Of a DNA stretch of 64,000 bases, positions 13,136-26,575 are shown in pieces. Source of the stretch: Mytilus californianus (Eukaryota). How positions within the stretch are numbered: the first letter of the stretch is position 1; every line of letters starts with the position of its first letter. The notes under the pieces are model-generated. The model saw only the letters and a list, made by a program, of their open reading frames with translations, was not told the origin of the DNA and searched no databases. The stretch lies in contig NW_026262668.1 in NCBI RefSeq assembly GCF_021869535.1, positions 10,416,001-10,480,000 of the forward strand, given 5' to 3'. Both the position numbers and the translations under genes were made by a program.

Positions 13136-13789
13136 AAGAATGAAATAAATAATCTACGAAAATACGATTTTTCATCAATCCATGAATATTTATACCAACG
13201 AAAATAAATGAGTTCACATAATACTAGAATGTCAAAACAATAATAGGAAGACACTAGCCTGATGGTTCAACGAACAAAACTGATATCTCCTTGTATTCTT
13301 ATGAATCAAAATAACACAGCCGTTTGCCTGACAGTCTATCTATTGCCAATAAAAAGTATCATGCATCTAAATAGATCAATGGATATTTATTGTTATACAT
13401 TTGTATATTTCTAAAAACTGATTCCATTTAGATTGGCGTCTTGATTCGTTTTTTACTGTAGGCAGTATGATATCGAATAATAGGTTCACTGACCGGAGCT
13501 TTATGGCCAAGTTATTATGAAAGGTTAACAATCAGACAAAATAACCACATCAAGTGTTCTGGAAACACTATAAGTTAAAAAATATAAATGGGTTTTGCTC
13601 TAGCAATTTTTCGAATTGAATGACAGAAATATAGTGCGAAAAGTAACAATTTGTATGATCTTGTTGCAATTTTAATTTTGGTTCGACTTCAGCCGACATT
13701 TATATCTTACATTTAGTGTCTTGCACAATAATAATCCTAACAAAGAAAGAAAATACAGCAGTTTAAAATTAGAAGTTGATATAGAACAG

Positions 13790-13955
13790 ACAGCACCATT
13801 ATCAAAATTCGGTATTGTCACAATCGTGTGAAATAGGACGGAATTAAGGTTACCACAAGTGACATATTTCTGTGAACATCTCTGACGCAGATGTTCCATA
13901 ATCGTCAAACAAATCATGATAGCGTCCGTAAAACACTTGACAGGATAACTTCAAT
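13790..13955 (-). mobile_element. PLE RT C-terminal fragment
   Basis: KLKLSCQVFYGRYHDLFDDYGTSASEMF in ORF 13850-14179. Confidence 0.7.
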
Positions 13956-15039
13956 TTTATTAGATAAAGGATCATCGTACGATCCGGGAAACGCATACTC
14001 AATATTCGCTGATGGAATGTTACTACATAGAAAAGGAAAGTGCACAATGAGAAAAATGGAAGCACAAAAGACGTTTTAGTCATTGAAATTGGATTTAATT
14101 TCTGAAAACGTCTGTTATGATAGTTCATGCTGTTTGTAACTTTTAAATCATATGACGAATGATGCATGACGGTAGACACTTATTCTGTTAACACAACAGA
14201 TCTGACTCCTATTGGATTTCATGCTATTCCGTTTATTTTGCTCCTGTCTCTGTTTATACTGGCATGTTCTTAAACATTGAAGAAAATATTTTACATTTCA
14301 GTAAATCACAATAACTAATATCTAAAAGAATATTTAAGTGAACCTGTTTGTTTTTTGCCAAAGAAATAGCTAGGTAAGCTACAGTCACTTAATCATATTG
14401 CATCCAAGGTAACTTCTTACAACTTTCAAATAAATGCAACTCAGACAACAACAAGGAAATTATGTGCAAAAAATTTAAACTTGATTATTGTCTGACAAAA
14501 GACCGCAGCTGTTTGACACTAAGTCCAGTGTTAGTTCTTGATTCCAGTTCTGAACTAAGAAAAATAACAAGTTACCAAACAATTACTTCATAATGCTATT
14601 CCAATTACCACTGCGCTTTTCACTACAGTCTAGATACTCTATGTAATGATAGTGCATAGTTCACGGAAGACTTTTAATTGACTTGTTTAAACATCATATT
14701 ATTTTGAAACTTTATGCTGTCTTCTGATATCAATGAGTCCACCGTTTCACGTGGCATTAAATACAATATTCCTATTTACAACTTAAAAAAAAAAAAATTT
14801 TAAGTTTTTTTTAACTTTTAAATTTGAAGGCGGTCACTTCAAAGAACAATGGGAAAAACTCTGTGCTTCTGAAAAATAGTATTTCTGGAATGAATGAAAT
14901 CAGAAAAGTGTTGCATATGAATCAAGACTTGCACAATTACAACAAAAGATCACATAAAGCAAATAAGAGAAACAGAAGTTCTATATATGAGTGACACACA
15001 TTGAAAAACCCACAAAAAATGTATAAATTTAGACTTATA

Positions 15040-15842
15040 CCTCGAATTTGACATAAGTGGTCATCTCAGTACCAGAATCTATGACAAACGAGATGATTTT
15101 CATTTTGAAATTATAAATTCCTTCCAACTTAGTAGCTATATACTAACTTCACCTGCATATGGGATATACATTTCCCAACTTATTCGGAATTCAAGAGCTT
15201 GCAGCTGCTACTCAGAATCAGGGTTATGTCAAAGAAAGTCTCGTCCTTTTTCTAAAAAATGTTCGTCGGAAGATACCAAGACCTTGTTGATAAATATTTC
15301 GTATCAACTTCACACATACTACATGATGGTCTTGAAATATAGATGCTAGGTCCTGACGTTGTTTATCATCTTAATAACGAGTTAAAGTGTTCTTTTTATT
15401 TGTCTTTGCATATTTTTAACCTTTACTGTTTATTCCATTTTTTGGTATATAGTTTTGGCATGGCTAGGTATTTATTCATCCCGCCATTGTGTTATTGTCC
15501 ATTGGTCATTTTTGTATTGTGTCATTTCATTTTTGCTTAATATGCACCTTGTCTATAGAGTGTCTTTATGCCATTTTGTATTTCTTTGTTGAAATAGTTA
15601 TTTGTTTGTATATTGATTAAGATTATAACACAATGTTGACTCCTGCTGTACCCCAATTTTGGACATCTTTATCTATTATATTTTACATAAGGAAATAAGG
15701 AAATGTCTGTACCAAGTCAGGAATATGACAGTTGTTTTCCATTCGTTTGATGTATTTGAGCTTTTGATTTCGCCATTTAATAAGGGACTTTCCGTTTTGA
15801 ATTTTCCTTTGAGTTCTGTATTTTTGTTATTTTACTTTTTAC
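15040..15842 (+). mobile_element. PLE family 3, RT C-terminal fragment plus 3' tail (ends in repeat R2)
   Basis: Manual translation: GHLSTRIYDKRDDFHFEII...SPAYGIYISQLIR...GRYQDLVDKY...DGLEI*. Confidence 0.8.
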
Positions 15843-17279
15843 AAATACCATAGACATGGTCCGTACAAAAGTGAAATAAACTGTACATTAAAGTGGCGTT
15901 ACTCTCATGCTCTATCGTGCATGCCTAACCATACAAACTCATAAAAAAGGGAAACCAGCATTAAATTTATTGATATGGTCCTCAAGAAGTAATTTTACAA
16001 GAAGTAAATAATAAAGGAGTTATGCATCTTAAATTAACTCGTTAGATCAGCATTGCCATTCTTTTATTTTTTAGATTCATATTATGTAATGTTTTTAAAA
16101 GATGCAAGCTTGATACATTGTCTAATTTTAAGAATTATACAAGCTATCTACCAGAAGACAAACGTGATTTTTAAAGTCAATCTGAATGAATCAATTTAAT
16201 AGATGGTAATATTACTAACATAAAATCAGTTTCTGATAATGTTTCCCTAAAACAAAGATCCATAATATGTAAAATGGTACAAATGTTTCTTAAAAGACTA
16301 AACAATGCTTTTTCGATTAATTTGCTGTATCGTAATACTAGGTATTAGCCATCAATATGAAAGTTTAAATTGCAGAAGAATTGAAAAGAATGTGATTGTT
16401 ACATAACTATAATTAAATAGTAATGTGTAAAGATTAATTACACATAACTTCAAACATAACATTTATTGGCTGCTTAAGGTTTTTTGAAAGCCTTCCAGTG
16501 AAATTTCAGTCATATAATGATTTACCGAATCGATACAAAATGGATTAAACTTACCGATATTTATGTTATTACGAAAAAATTGTCGATCAATGATAACAAA
16601 CATTGCAACTCAACTTTTATAATGAAACAAATCTAACTCAGAATCATCATTACTGTAAATTCGCATTTATTATTTTTTTTAAAGACATTATTTCCGGTCA
16701 TTTGTTAGCAAATAAATGTTTTTCGAAAGTTATTTGTGTGAGTTTTGTTATACATTTATTCATATCAATGACCTATCAGAAGAAGTAGGTGACATTGCTC
16801 AATTTCTTTTGGGGTTATTGACATGCGATCTATTTCCTGTCCTGTCTCTTTTGAGGAAAAGAGCTTCACAAAACGTCGTAAGGGCTATTATTACACGTGT
16901 TTTGTCTTCTTGAAATAACCTTAATCACGCAAGGGAATTTATAGTTATCAAAGAGTTTCTGAAAATAAACGGCAAAATCAAAGATACTAGTATACGGAAT
17001 GGTAATAATTTCCAATTATCCCTGACTTGGAGTAGAAACAACTGTTTTTTCAACATACCAGAAACTTAAAATAAGAAACATCTTCTCGGCATTGAATGAT
17101 ATAATATCATTAAGACGTGCTTGTACCATATCTCAACTTAAACATTTGGAGAATGCAAAACACCGACGTTTAAAAGAAATGATTTCATAAATACCCATCT
17201 GGAGTTTTTGCAACTGAAACCTTGCTTTCCCCAATATTTACCTTTTAGTGCAAATTTAACCTTCCTTGATCCTGAGAAA

Positions 17280-17430
17280 GTGTGACCGTTTGGTTATCAA
17301 CACACAAAAGCTTGTCGCTAATGAAGTGCGACACAGACACATCGTATTGGTCAACTGATTCGCGATAGTGACTATAAAACTGATGTAGTATCGATTTCAG
17401 TAGTTCCTCATAGCAGGAGGAGCAGACCCC
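17280..17430 (-). mobile_element. PLE RT C-terminal fragment
   Basis: The - strand reads YEELLKSILHQFYSHYRESVDQYDVSVSHFISD. Confidence 0.6.
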
Positions 17431-17439
17431 TATTAATTA

Positions 17440-17885
17440 AGTTCCAGAATGTGAATTAGATTTATCTCTGGGTTTGTACTAACATAAGCAACACAACGAG
17501 TGTGCCACATGTGGAACAGGATCTGCTTACCCTTCCGGAGTACCTGAGTTCACCACCGGTTTTTGTTGGGTTCGTGTTGCTCAGTCTTTAGTTTTTTTTG
17601 TGTTATATTTTGTATACTATCGTTTGTCTTTTGGTCTTTTTCTTATTTGCCATGGCGTTGTCAGTTTCTTGAACTTGCACGAGCTTAAAGTACTAATTGA
17701 GATATGTAAATGTCATGCGATTGGATACTTGAGTAATAAAATATATTTTATCTGATTTATTTCCAAAAAAGCTCTAAAGTTAAAAATGTACACATTAACT
17801 CAAGTGACTGATTTCTTGTGTTTGGCGTTGTCAGTTTATTTTCGACTTGAGTTTGAATACCCTATGATATCTTTCGCCTCTCTTT
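17440..17885 (+). repeat. PLE family 1 3' tail
   Basis: gcaacacaacgagtgtgccacatgtggaacaggatctgcttacccttccggag matches 12907-12960. Confidence 0.8.
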
Positions 17886-18850
17886 TATGAAGTTTCTGGA
17901 CAGATTTATAAAACCTTTTGATTTTCGAATTCGTTTGGCGACAAAAAGCCTTATCATACATTCTTTTTTCAATGAACGTAACATGTGGACAATTAAAGGA
18001 TTTACATGTAGAAACGATAGACACTCATTTCCTAGACGTTCAAATCTCGAGGGGGCATACATATTATTGTTTTTATTTAACAAAAGGTCTCACTTGAATC
18101 GTATAATTATCTAATACCTGATAAATGATTAAATGAAAATGGGAAACTAAGATAAAAGTCAGAATAACCAGAGTTACATGACTGAAATGCAGTACTTTAT
18201 GTTGAGGTTACAACCCTTTTGATTTGATATAGACAGATACTACAGTGTACTGAGAACCCGTGAGTCATTCGAAAACGACATAGTTTATATACTAGTATAA
18301 GATTGGATTTGGTTTTACTTCTTTTTTTTCTTCTTTTTTTATATACAAATCACTTTTGTTTAAATAAAACGTTTGTAGTCATTCCAATATTGGAAAGTTA
18401 ACAAGCTCTTTTTTCTATAGTAGACTTAATGACCATATCTGTTGTATGCTTCATTAAATCCTGTCTTTATTCTTTAATAAATCAAATCTCTAGCAGATAC
18501 TTCATATTACTTCCAGGAAAATTCACGAATTACAAATAAAATTGGTTTAATTAGTCCAACATATTAGCAATATCAAATTGTTGATATGTTTTAATTAGTG
18601 GATTTAAGCATCGTCTGTGCTATATATATTGAGATCAAATATTGGTTTTACCTCGATAAAAAAAAGAGAACGAATTATGGCAAGTCGTGCATACATGCAT
18701 AATATATACAACAAAAGAATTATCTAGGCGTATTAAAATCGTACTTAGATTTAATTTCCGACGGAACATTAATTTATAACTATATAAAAAATAATTTTCA
18801 AAACAGTTCTGTATTATCGAACTCATCATAGATACCAAAAATAAAATTTT

Positions 18851-18898
18851 GTACGCCAGACGCGCGTTTCGTCTACAAAAGACTCGTCAGTGACGCTC
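18851..18898 (-). ncRNA. Minimal type I hammerhead ribozyme motif, catalytic core intact
   Basis: The - strand reads CUGACGA / GUC-uuuugua-GAC / GAAA / CGC-gcgucug-GCG / UA^C. All core positions are present; stem I is not evident. Confidence 0.7.
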
Positions 18899-19698
18899 GA
18901 TTTAAAAATGATAAAAAGACTATTCTTTACAGAAAAAAGATACTTATTTTGTTTGTGTTTGAATATTAACTTGTACACTCTGTGTGTATTTTCTAAAAAG
19001 TGCCGGTCACAAAATGACGTTATTTCAAATGAAGTAGTTGAAATACTTTTATACAAATATTTTGCGATAACTGACCAAAAAGTCATTATGCAAGATTCGC
19101 TCGATGTTGTAATAACTTTCTAAATATCTTTTATTGCTGTAAAAAGACCTTGTCCGTCTCCCCTCTCCCTGTATCACTCTGTTAAGCTCTTAAACGAAAT
19201 CGCACCAATTATGGCATTGTGGTATCAAATACGTTCCGATAAATCGATAATTAGATTCTCATCATAATTATATTTTATTGTAAAATATCATAGACTTGGT
19301 ACAATATGAGTTCTCACTCGACGACAGGCTTCATATTGTGATTCGCAGCTAATATTTTACAATATCAATATGCAGGAAATCTTTTACCAATTTCGTACAC
19401 ACGACATATTTTTTCCTGAAATACACTCCAGCCCAAAAGTTTGAAAAGTCAAAAATATAAAACGTTTGAGAGAAAAAAAAACAAATAGGCGTAAACAGGA
19501 CAACCGAAAGTGTTTAAGGTAAACTTCACAAATTAGGGAGCTAAATCCTTACTTTTAATATATAGTTCACCACCCACCAGCGGTACTGACTCATCAGAGT
19601 TCAACAAAATTTATTTGTAAAAACCCCTGTATATATTATATTCACTGGCTGTAAACCTGAAAGTTATAAAATCAAACGGAAATTCGAATATTTTTATT

Positions 19699-22059
19699 GT
19701 GGATGCTTTATCCTCTTTGCATAACAAGTATGTCGTTGTTCCAGCAAATAAAGCCTCCAATACTATTGTCTTCATATGTAAAAACCATTACTTGGAATGT
19801 CTCACAAAAGAGCTCGGAATAAACAGCAAAACTGGTAATCCTGCATATTCTTTAACATCATTTACAAAGGATGAAATTTTACAAAATCACAAATCTGTCC
19901 TTCTTTCTTTTGGTACTAACATCAAAGAAAGCAAAGAAAATCTACCGTCATTATACTGGATACCAAAACTTCTCAAAACTCCTTATAAAGCACGATACAT
20001 AGCTGGATCATCAAGATGTTCAACTACACATTTTTCTTAAGTGCTGACTACTATTCTTTCTACAGTAAAAGATGGCATTCAAAAATATTGTGATGAAATA
20101 TATTCAACAAGTGGTGTTAATCAGATGTGGATTTTTAAAAATTCTAAAAATCTACTGCTAAATCTTCGATCACAATCTCTGCAATTTTACAGCAACATTA
20201 AAACTTTTGATTTTTCTACGCTTTACACTACTATTCCCCATGCTCAATTGAAAGATCGACTTCACCATCTCATCAAACAGAGCTTTTTCGATAAAAATGG
20301 GAATCGTAGATATAAATGTCTTGTTTTAGTTTATAATAAATCTTATTTTGTGAAGAACCACACTGATTATATCAGAAAATATACTGACGATGATATTATC
20401 AAAATGCTGGACAATATATTTGTTGAGTTTGGAGGATTGATATTTCAACAGACAGTCGGTATTCCAATTGGTACTAATTGTGCACCCCTACTGGCCGAAT
20501 TGTTTTTGTACTCGTATGAAACAGAATTCATTTAGAACCTTCTAAAAGAATAAATGAAAAAGCACCTTGCGAAATTCTTTAATTTTACTTTTAGATATAT
20601 GGATGATATCCTTTCACTGAATAACCCATGTTTCAGTCAGTACTTACATCTCATATATCCCAGTGAACTTGAAATTAAGGATACTACAGATACTAGAAGG
20701 ACTGCCTCATACCTTGATCTTTTCTTCAATATTGACACAGATGGACGTCTTCACACTAAAATCTATGACAAACGGGACGATTTCAACTTCCCAATTATCA
20801 ATTTCCCATTTCTCAGCAGTAACATACCCTCTGCCCCATCGTATGGTGTTTACATATCTAAGTTGATACGTTATGCTCGTGCATGGTCACACTATAAGGC
20901 ATTCATATACAGAAGTATGCTCCTTACGCAGAAACTGCTCAAACAGAGTTATGAGGAGGACAAATATTCTGATCCCCAATTTGATGAAAAAATATATTGT
21001 GGTCGAGCAGATGACAAAAAAATATATTCTGAATCCACATTTTCCCCAAACATTAGTGTTAAATCTTGAGAAAAAAAAATAATTTGATTGATAGCGTCGA
21101 AAAACTAAATAAAAAATGATGCGCGAAAATGTTTTTCTGACCTTGCCAAAAAAGTCATAACCCCCTAAAAGTTAAATGGTTGCTCCCTTAGACGTGTCTC
21201 GGTATTTATACATCCAACATTCGTGTATTTAGTTATGATGTTTCGTTTGTAAGTCTTGTTGTATATTGTGTTATGTCTTATCGTTTGTGGTTTGAATTCT
21301 ATTTCTATTTACCATATTACTGTATGTAAAAGTTAAGATAATTAATCGGCTAGTTCTTTATATGATTTTTAGTTTAAAGCAAATATATGCACATGATTTA
21401 TTTGTTTTTACACAGTTTGGATGTAGAAGATAAAATGACATGGTTAGAAAGTACAAATAATTACACCATTACCAACACAATTCTATATTAATATGGTTAG
21501 AAAATACATTAAATAACACCATTACAAACTAAATCCCAATTTTATATTCTATTTAAAGAAATTTATCAGTAACGTCACTTTTTGTGGCGTTGATACATTT
21601 GTGTGACGCACAGTTCATATTTCTATTGTGGTGTACATGGGAGGTGTTCGTATTTATTTATTCTGTGGTTTACATGTTGTAATGTACTTTTATATTATTT
21701 ATTTATGTATTTCTGTGTCCTGAATGTTCTTGCGTTTATTGGTACTGTTATTTTCCTGTCACGTAATGTTGTCATTTTTATCATTGTCATATAAGCAGGA
21801 AGTTTGGCTAGCCATTAAACCAGGCTCAACCCACCATTTTTTCTTAAAATGTCCTGTACCAAGTCAGGAATATGGCAGTTGTTATCAAATAGTTCGTTTC
21901 TATGTATGTTGGCGTATGTTTTTGTAGCAGCTCAGTGTTTATGCTGTTTTCCTCTTATAGATGATGTGTTTCCCTCGGTTTTGGTTTGTGACCCGGATTT
22001 GTTTCAGTGAAATCGATTTATGACTATTGAACAGCGGTATACTACTGTTGCCTTTATTT
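19699..22059 (+). mobile_element. PLE family 4, large RT pseudogene (19699-20962) plus 3' tail (21191-22059)
   Basis: In-frame ORFs broken by stops: LYWIPKL, TFDFSTLYTTIPH, GIPIGTNCAP, FRYMDD, IYDKRDDFNFPIINFP. The tail matches 51620-52287. Confidence 0.92.
20963..21190. other. Foreign segment, possibly a DNA-transposon terminus, replacing the PLE RT end
   Basis: Abrupt loss of RT similarity after SYEEDK. Ends in taaccccctaaaagttaaatggttgctccctta, after which the PLE tail resumes. Confidence 0.4.
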
Positions 22060-23986
22060 TGTATCACATACCTTACATTTTTGCAAATGTCCATAAAGAT
22101 AATATATTATTCAGCTCTAAGACATTTGATATTGAATTTCCAACTTTACAATTTTTATAAAATTTTGCATCGAATGATGTCGTCTCTTACCACAATAAAT
22201 TTATTTCAGAAAATTATTTTTAGCCATTCTTCCACAAAGTTTGAGTCTTGGTTAAGAATTTCCATCTAATACATTTTAGGACAAATACTTAAAATTGTGC
22301 TATCGTCAGGCGTAATTTTGAGACCTCAAACTTGTGCAAACTTGGAGCTGTCATACTGTGAATTTGAATTAAGAATAAAAGACTTTTTGAAAATGGCCCT
22401 GATGAGAAATAATTTCAGTGGAATTTGTACCAATGTGACATAATTTCAGGGGAAATGGAATCACCTCTGTGTAAATGTGTGAACCTGGATTATTTTAGTA
22501 GTGACATAAACTTTAAAAAAAAACAACTGAAAAATGAAAAAATCTCGAAAATATGGAACCAAGTACAGGTTATCTCGAGCTCCGGATGGAAATAAATCAA
22601 AATGTTTAGCTCTTCTGCCAAGCTTAAATCATTTGATAACAAACTATCGTTAGTTTGACGTTTACATCACTTCTCCTTTTATTCATATCAAATAGTAAGA
22701 TTTGTTGCATTTCTCCCATATAGTTATAGTTATATCTACTTGCACGCATGTGATAAACGATACTGTTGATATAATGCAATGATGTTACGTAATACAGAAA
22801 TGATAAAATTATTTCTAATGTCCCTGGAAGTGACACGGTGTCAGTGTAGAATGTAAAACGAAGACAAAGGCGTCAAAGGCTAACACTTGATGGAAACGGA
22901 AAATTTCCCTAAGGATGACTAATTTTCAACATATGCGAGAACAACATACCTATAGGACAAATTTAAGAGACGTTTATGGATTCCTTGTGATTAAACCAAT
23001 GAGTTAATTTTGCTATCGCTGATACAAAGTATAGAGAACCCTCAAGTGTATAGGCAAACAAAATTCGCTGTATGGCAAGTGTTTAATTTTTTTTTCCCTT
23101 GTTATTTACATTTTTAGCGATTCTCTTTGCCCTAGAAGTAAGTTTGTCATATTGAAAAAATAAGAGAGTCCTGACAAGTTTACATCTTTCATCGTTATAT
23201 GTTTTCCAAAACAATTTTCGTACATAACTTCGATAGTTTTTATAAAATAAAAACTTTCGATGTCACAAAAGGGTGCTTATATAGACATTTTTAGAGATTA
23301 TCTCAAGACATTTGCAAAGTTATTCATTCGTTATCTTTGATATCGGATTAATTAAAACAAACCTACACAAACTCATAGAAAATCATTCAAAGTGTTCATC
23401 ATACGTTGAACTACAAGATGTTAGATAGATTGTAAAGTCTCATAATCAAGATACTATACCTGGCGTAAATCTTGATCCACGTCTTTGGATATATATGTCG
23501 ATGTTTTCAAATATTTTTTTCCATTCATGAATTTAATGTCAATGGTATATTTTTGATAGTTTAGATTGAATTCATTCACAACTTGTTAAGATTGAAAGCT
23601 TTAAAGCTCGTCTATTTATGAAAACTGTATCTGTATCTGTAGGTGTATTTTTCAATTATCATTATCATGAATGCAAGAAAATGTGGGATATCAGCAATGC
23701 AATGACACAGCAACCCAACAACAAAATAGCCCAAATACATATAGAGGTCGTAGTGTATATACAATATGTTAAGCTCTAAATGGACCTGGATCGAAAAAAA
23801 TAATAGAGACTATCAATGATCTTTAATATATTACCCACCGAAAACATTAACTTTAAAATCCCACTATCAGATAGTTTTACCAAAAAATGGATTCAACTCT
23901 AGAACATCATAGACTCTGCACTTGCATTCATGATTATCTATTATGTCTTAAAAAGCGAAATGGTTATACTTAATTATTTATTTCAG

Positions 23987-24121
23987 TGCCTTCCAGGTCT
24001 TGGTACCAAAAAGTTATATGAACTCCTATACAACGACCCAACCAAAATTATGGTATTAACTGGATGTAGTATAGTATCAACTTTCGTAGCACAGGCAGCA
24101 AAAATGTGGAATCTTATTGTG
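23987..24121 (+). CDS. GABBR1: GABA-B receptor subunit 1, coding exon (135 nt; [45 protein letters not shown])
   Basis: tttcag acceptor ends at 23986 and gtgag donor starts at 24122. The peptide matches vertebrate GABBR1 [45 protein letters not shown] (recalled). Confidence 0.95.
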
Positions 24122-24630
24122 GTGAGCATTCACTTAATTTAGTTGCCAGTGAATTTCGTTCTGTTGTTTGTATTGGTGTCAATTGCGACAAAAATAACTA
24201 AAGAATGTTCTTTCTGAATGTATATAATATACACACTGTAGACAGACGAATGAATGGGATGTATAGGTGGAAAGAAAGAAGGATGGACGGATTGATAAAT
24301 AAATGTTATATTAATAGAAATGGATATAAGAAGATGTGGTATAAGTGCCAATGAGACAACTCTCCATCCAAGTCACACTTTGTAAAAGTAAAAGTTAGAT
24401 TAATAGAAAGACTTTTGAATTAATGATTGCAAAACTTTAAACCTATATATTCAGTACAATTGTTGGAAAGATAGTTAAGCTTACCATATGCTATTTGCAT
24501 TATTCAGAAGGATGTGCTTAATATGTTGGAAAATAAATTTCCCGACATCAGTTCATTCTCTGAGCAATGACTTGATTGTAAGCATACTTTTTTCATATCC
24601 CACTAGTATGTAAAATATATCATTCCGATT

Positions 24631-24682
24631 TCCATGTGCACGTGATCCGTGTTTCGGGAATAACGTTTATCAGGTACGCCCG
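24631..24682 (-). repeat. Degenerate family B hammerhead-like motif
   Basis: The - strand reads gcgtacCTGATAAacgttattcccGAAAcacg; shares atttccatg.gcac with 50470. Confidence 0.45.
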
Positions 24683-25789
24683 AAACTAGGTAGGAAAGTC
24701 AAAAATCTCAAACGTTTGTTTCAAACCACAAAAAGCCTTAACAGAAATTCCAAAACCTGTTTAGATCAATTTGCCTCAAGCAATTTCAAACTGAAATTTA
24801 ATACAATTACAATAAACTTAATAACTTAAAAAGGCATAGTTGTCAAATTCATGTTCACCGATTCGACTCAAAATCTATTATTTTATTAAAACATACTAAA
24901 ACGTCTATCCAAATTACAAATTACAAACAAAGTTCCACAGAATCAATTTACAATGCATGGATCGATATAATGTATCAACATTTCGTGTGTATTTTAGAAT
25001 AGACGCCAAATATTTTACCATCGAGATGATATTTGTCAACTTTGTATTTATAGCTAATGCCCCTTAAAATTCACATTGCATTGTCACAATACGTTTTTCT
25101 GTTTCTCACATGATTTATCAACTAAACACCGTGAATCAGAGTAATATGTTTAACAATCAACAGTCAGTAAATGCGTATTCAACATGCAAAAGAAATGTTC
25201 TAAATTTCGCTTAGGGATTTTTTTTTCAACTGAATTAATGCTTTATATTATTCAGATTGAATAATTTTCAACGCACACCACTGAAACATCATTACAGCGC
25301 AAACTTTTGCAATCTATGTAATCTTTCTGAGAAATTTCAACACGGAGGTCGACATTGTTTAATATATATTTTTATCTCATTTTGTTGCAAACGACGGTCA
25401 CCTTAGGTACTCACCAGGCATCAGTGATCTGATAGTTCAAAAGCAATATTGTTACGTTTGATACTTAAACAACTTTAAAAGAAGATGTTGATAATTTTGT
25501 TTGTTTGAAGGAGGAAAATATTTTGAGGATAATGCCATATCCCCGCATACCATATAACGATTCATGAAATTAAAGACCTCAATGAATATTGGTCAGACAT
25601 TCGTCAAAGAAGAACTAGAAACAATATCAAACTAAAAGTTATCTACCTTTAAAATCATGAATAATTATTGTTACCATATGTATAAGAGCAAGCAAATAGT
25701 GGTGCATTCACAATGAGAAAATTTACATAAAATCAACAGAAATATGCAGAAAATATATCTAGTTTTTTTGCAATGCAGCTTAAGAGGAG

Positions 25790-26575
25790 CTTCACATGGA
25801 GAATGTAAAGAAGCTAGCATTATCCTTAACTTCGCATTCCGCTACAAAGATGATTTCTACTCACTAAAAATCAAAGTTTGGCGACTGCTGATTGCATCTA
25901 TCCTATCGAACTTGAAATGAATGATACCACAGGTACATTTATAAATCTGCCTCTTATCTTGACTTACAAAATTGAAAATGAGAGTCGGTTGAGAACAAAA
26001 CTTTAGATTTAAAGAGATGATGTCAGTTTTCAATTGTGATACTTCCATGTGTATGAAGCACATTTCTCAGTTGAAACAGTATGCTTGCATTTCTTACCAT
26101 GATTTCCTGGATAGGCTGCTTACAAGGAAGCTATTGAACAAAGAATTCCTTAGGGTCTAGTTGAAGCCATCTTTCGACAATTTTACGGACGCCATCATGA
26201 TTCGGTTGACCGGTATGGATTATTAGGGTCACAGATGACCACCGATATGTTCCAATAGTCGAAGCCACAATTTCGTCTTCTGTTCTTCAATTTTTACATT
26301 ACCGAATTAGACTTATCACCGAAATTTGTACTTACCACGATAAGCAAGACGGGTGCCACGTGTGAAGCAGGATCAGCTCATCCTTCGAGAGCACATGAGA
26401 TCATCCCGGTTTTAGATTGGGTTTGTGTTGCTCAGCCTTTAGTTTTCTGTGTAGTGTTTTGTATTTTGAAACAATTGTCTTTTCTACGATTTTCGTTTTT
26501 CGCCATTGTTTTGTCCTTTTCTGTTCTTCGTATGAATTTTTGTTGTCTCTTTGGTAACTTCCGCCTCTTTTTCAT
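25790..26575 (+). mobile_element. PLE family 1, degenerate copy
   Basis: Frameshifted FRYKDD, YPIELE and FYGRHHD remnants, plus the family 1 tail ending ttccgcctcttttt. Confidence 0.8.

Noticed and set aside
19588-19597. CTGATGAGTC on the - strand
   Set aside because: It lacks the GAC-GAAA half of the motif.
22399-22420. CTGATGAG followed by a short stem
   Set aside because: No GAAA core follows the stem, so this is not a hammerhead.
1-23986. Upstream GABBR1 exon (IG.FP..GGW.GG..C.PA motif)
   Set aside because: Not found by eye. It is probably left of the window, but a miss cannot be excluded without tBLASTn.
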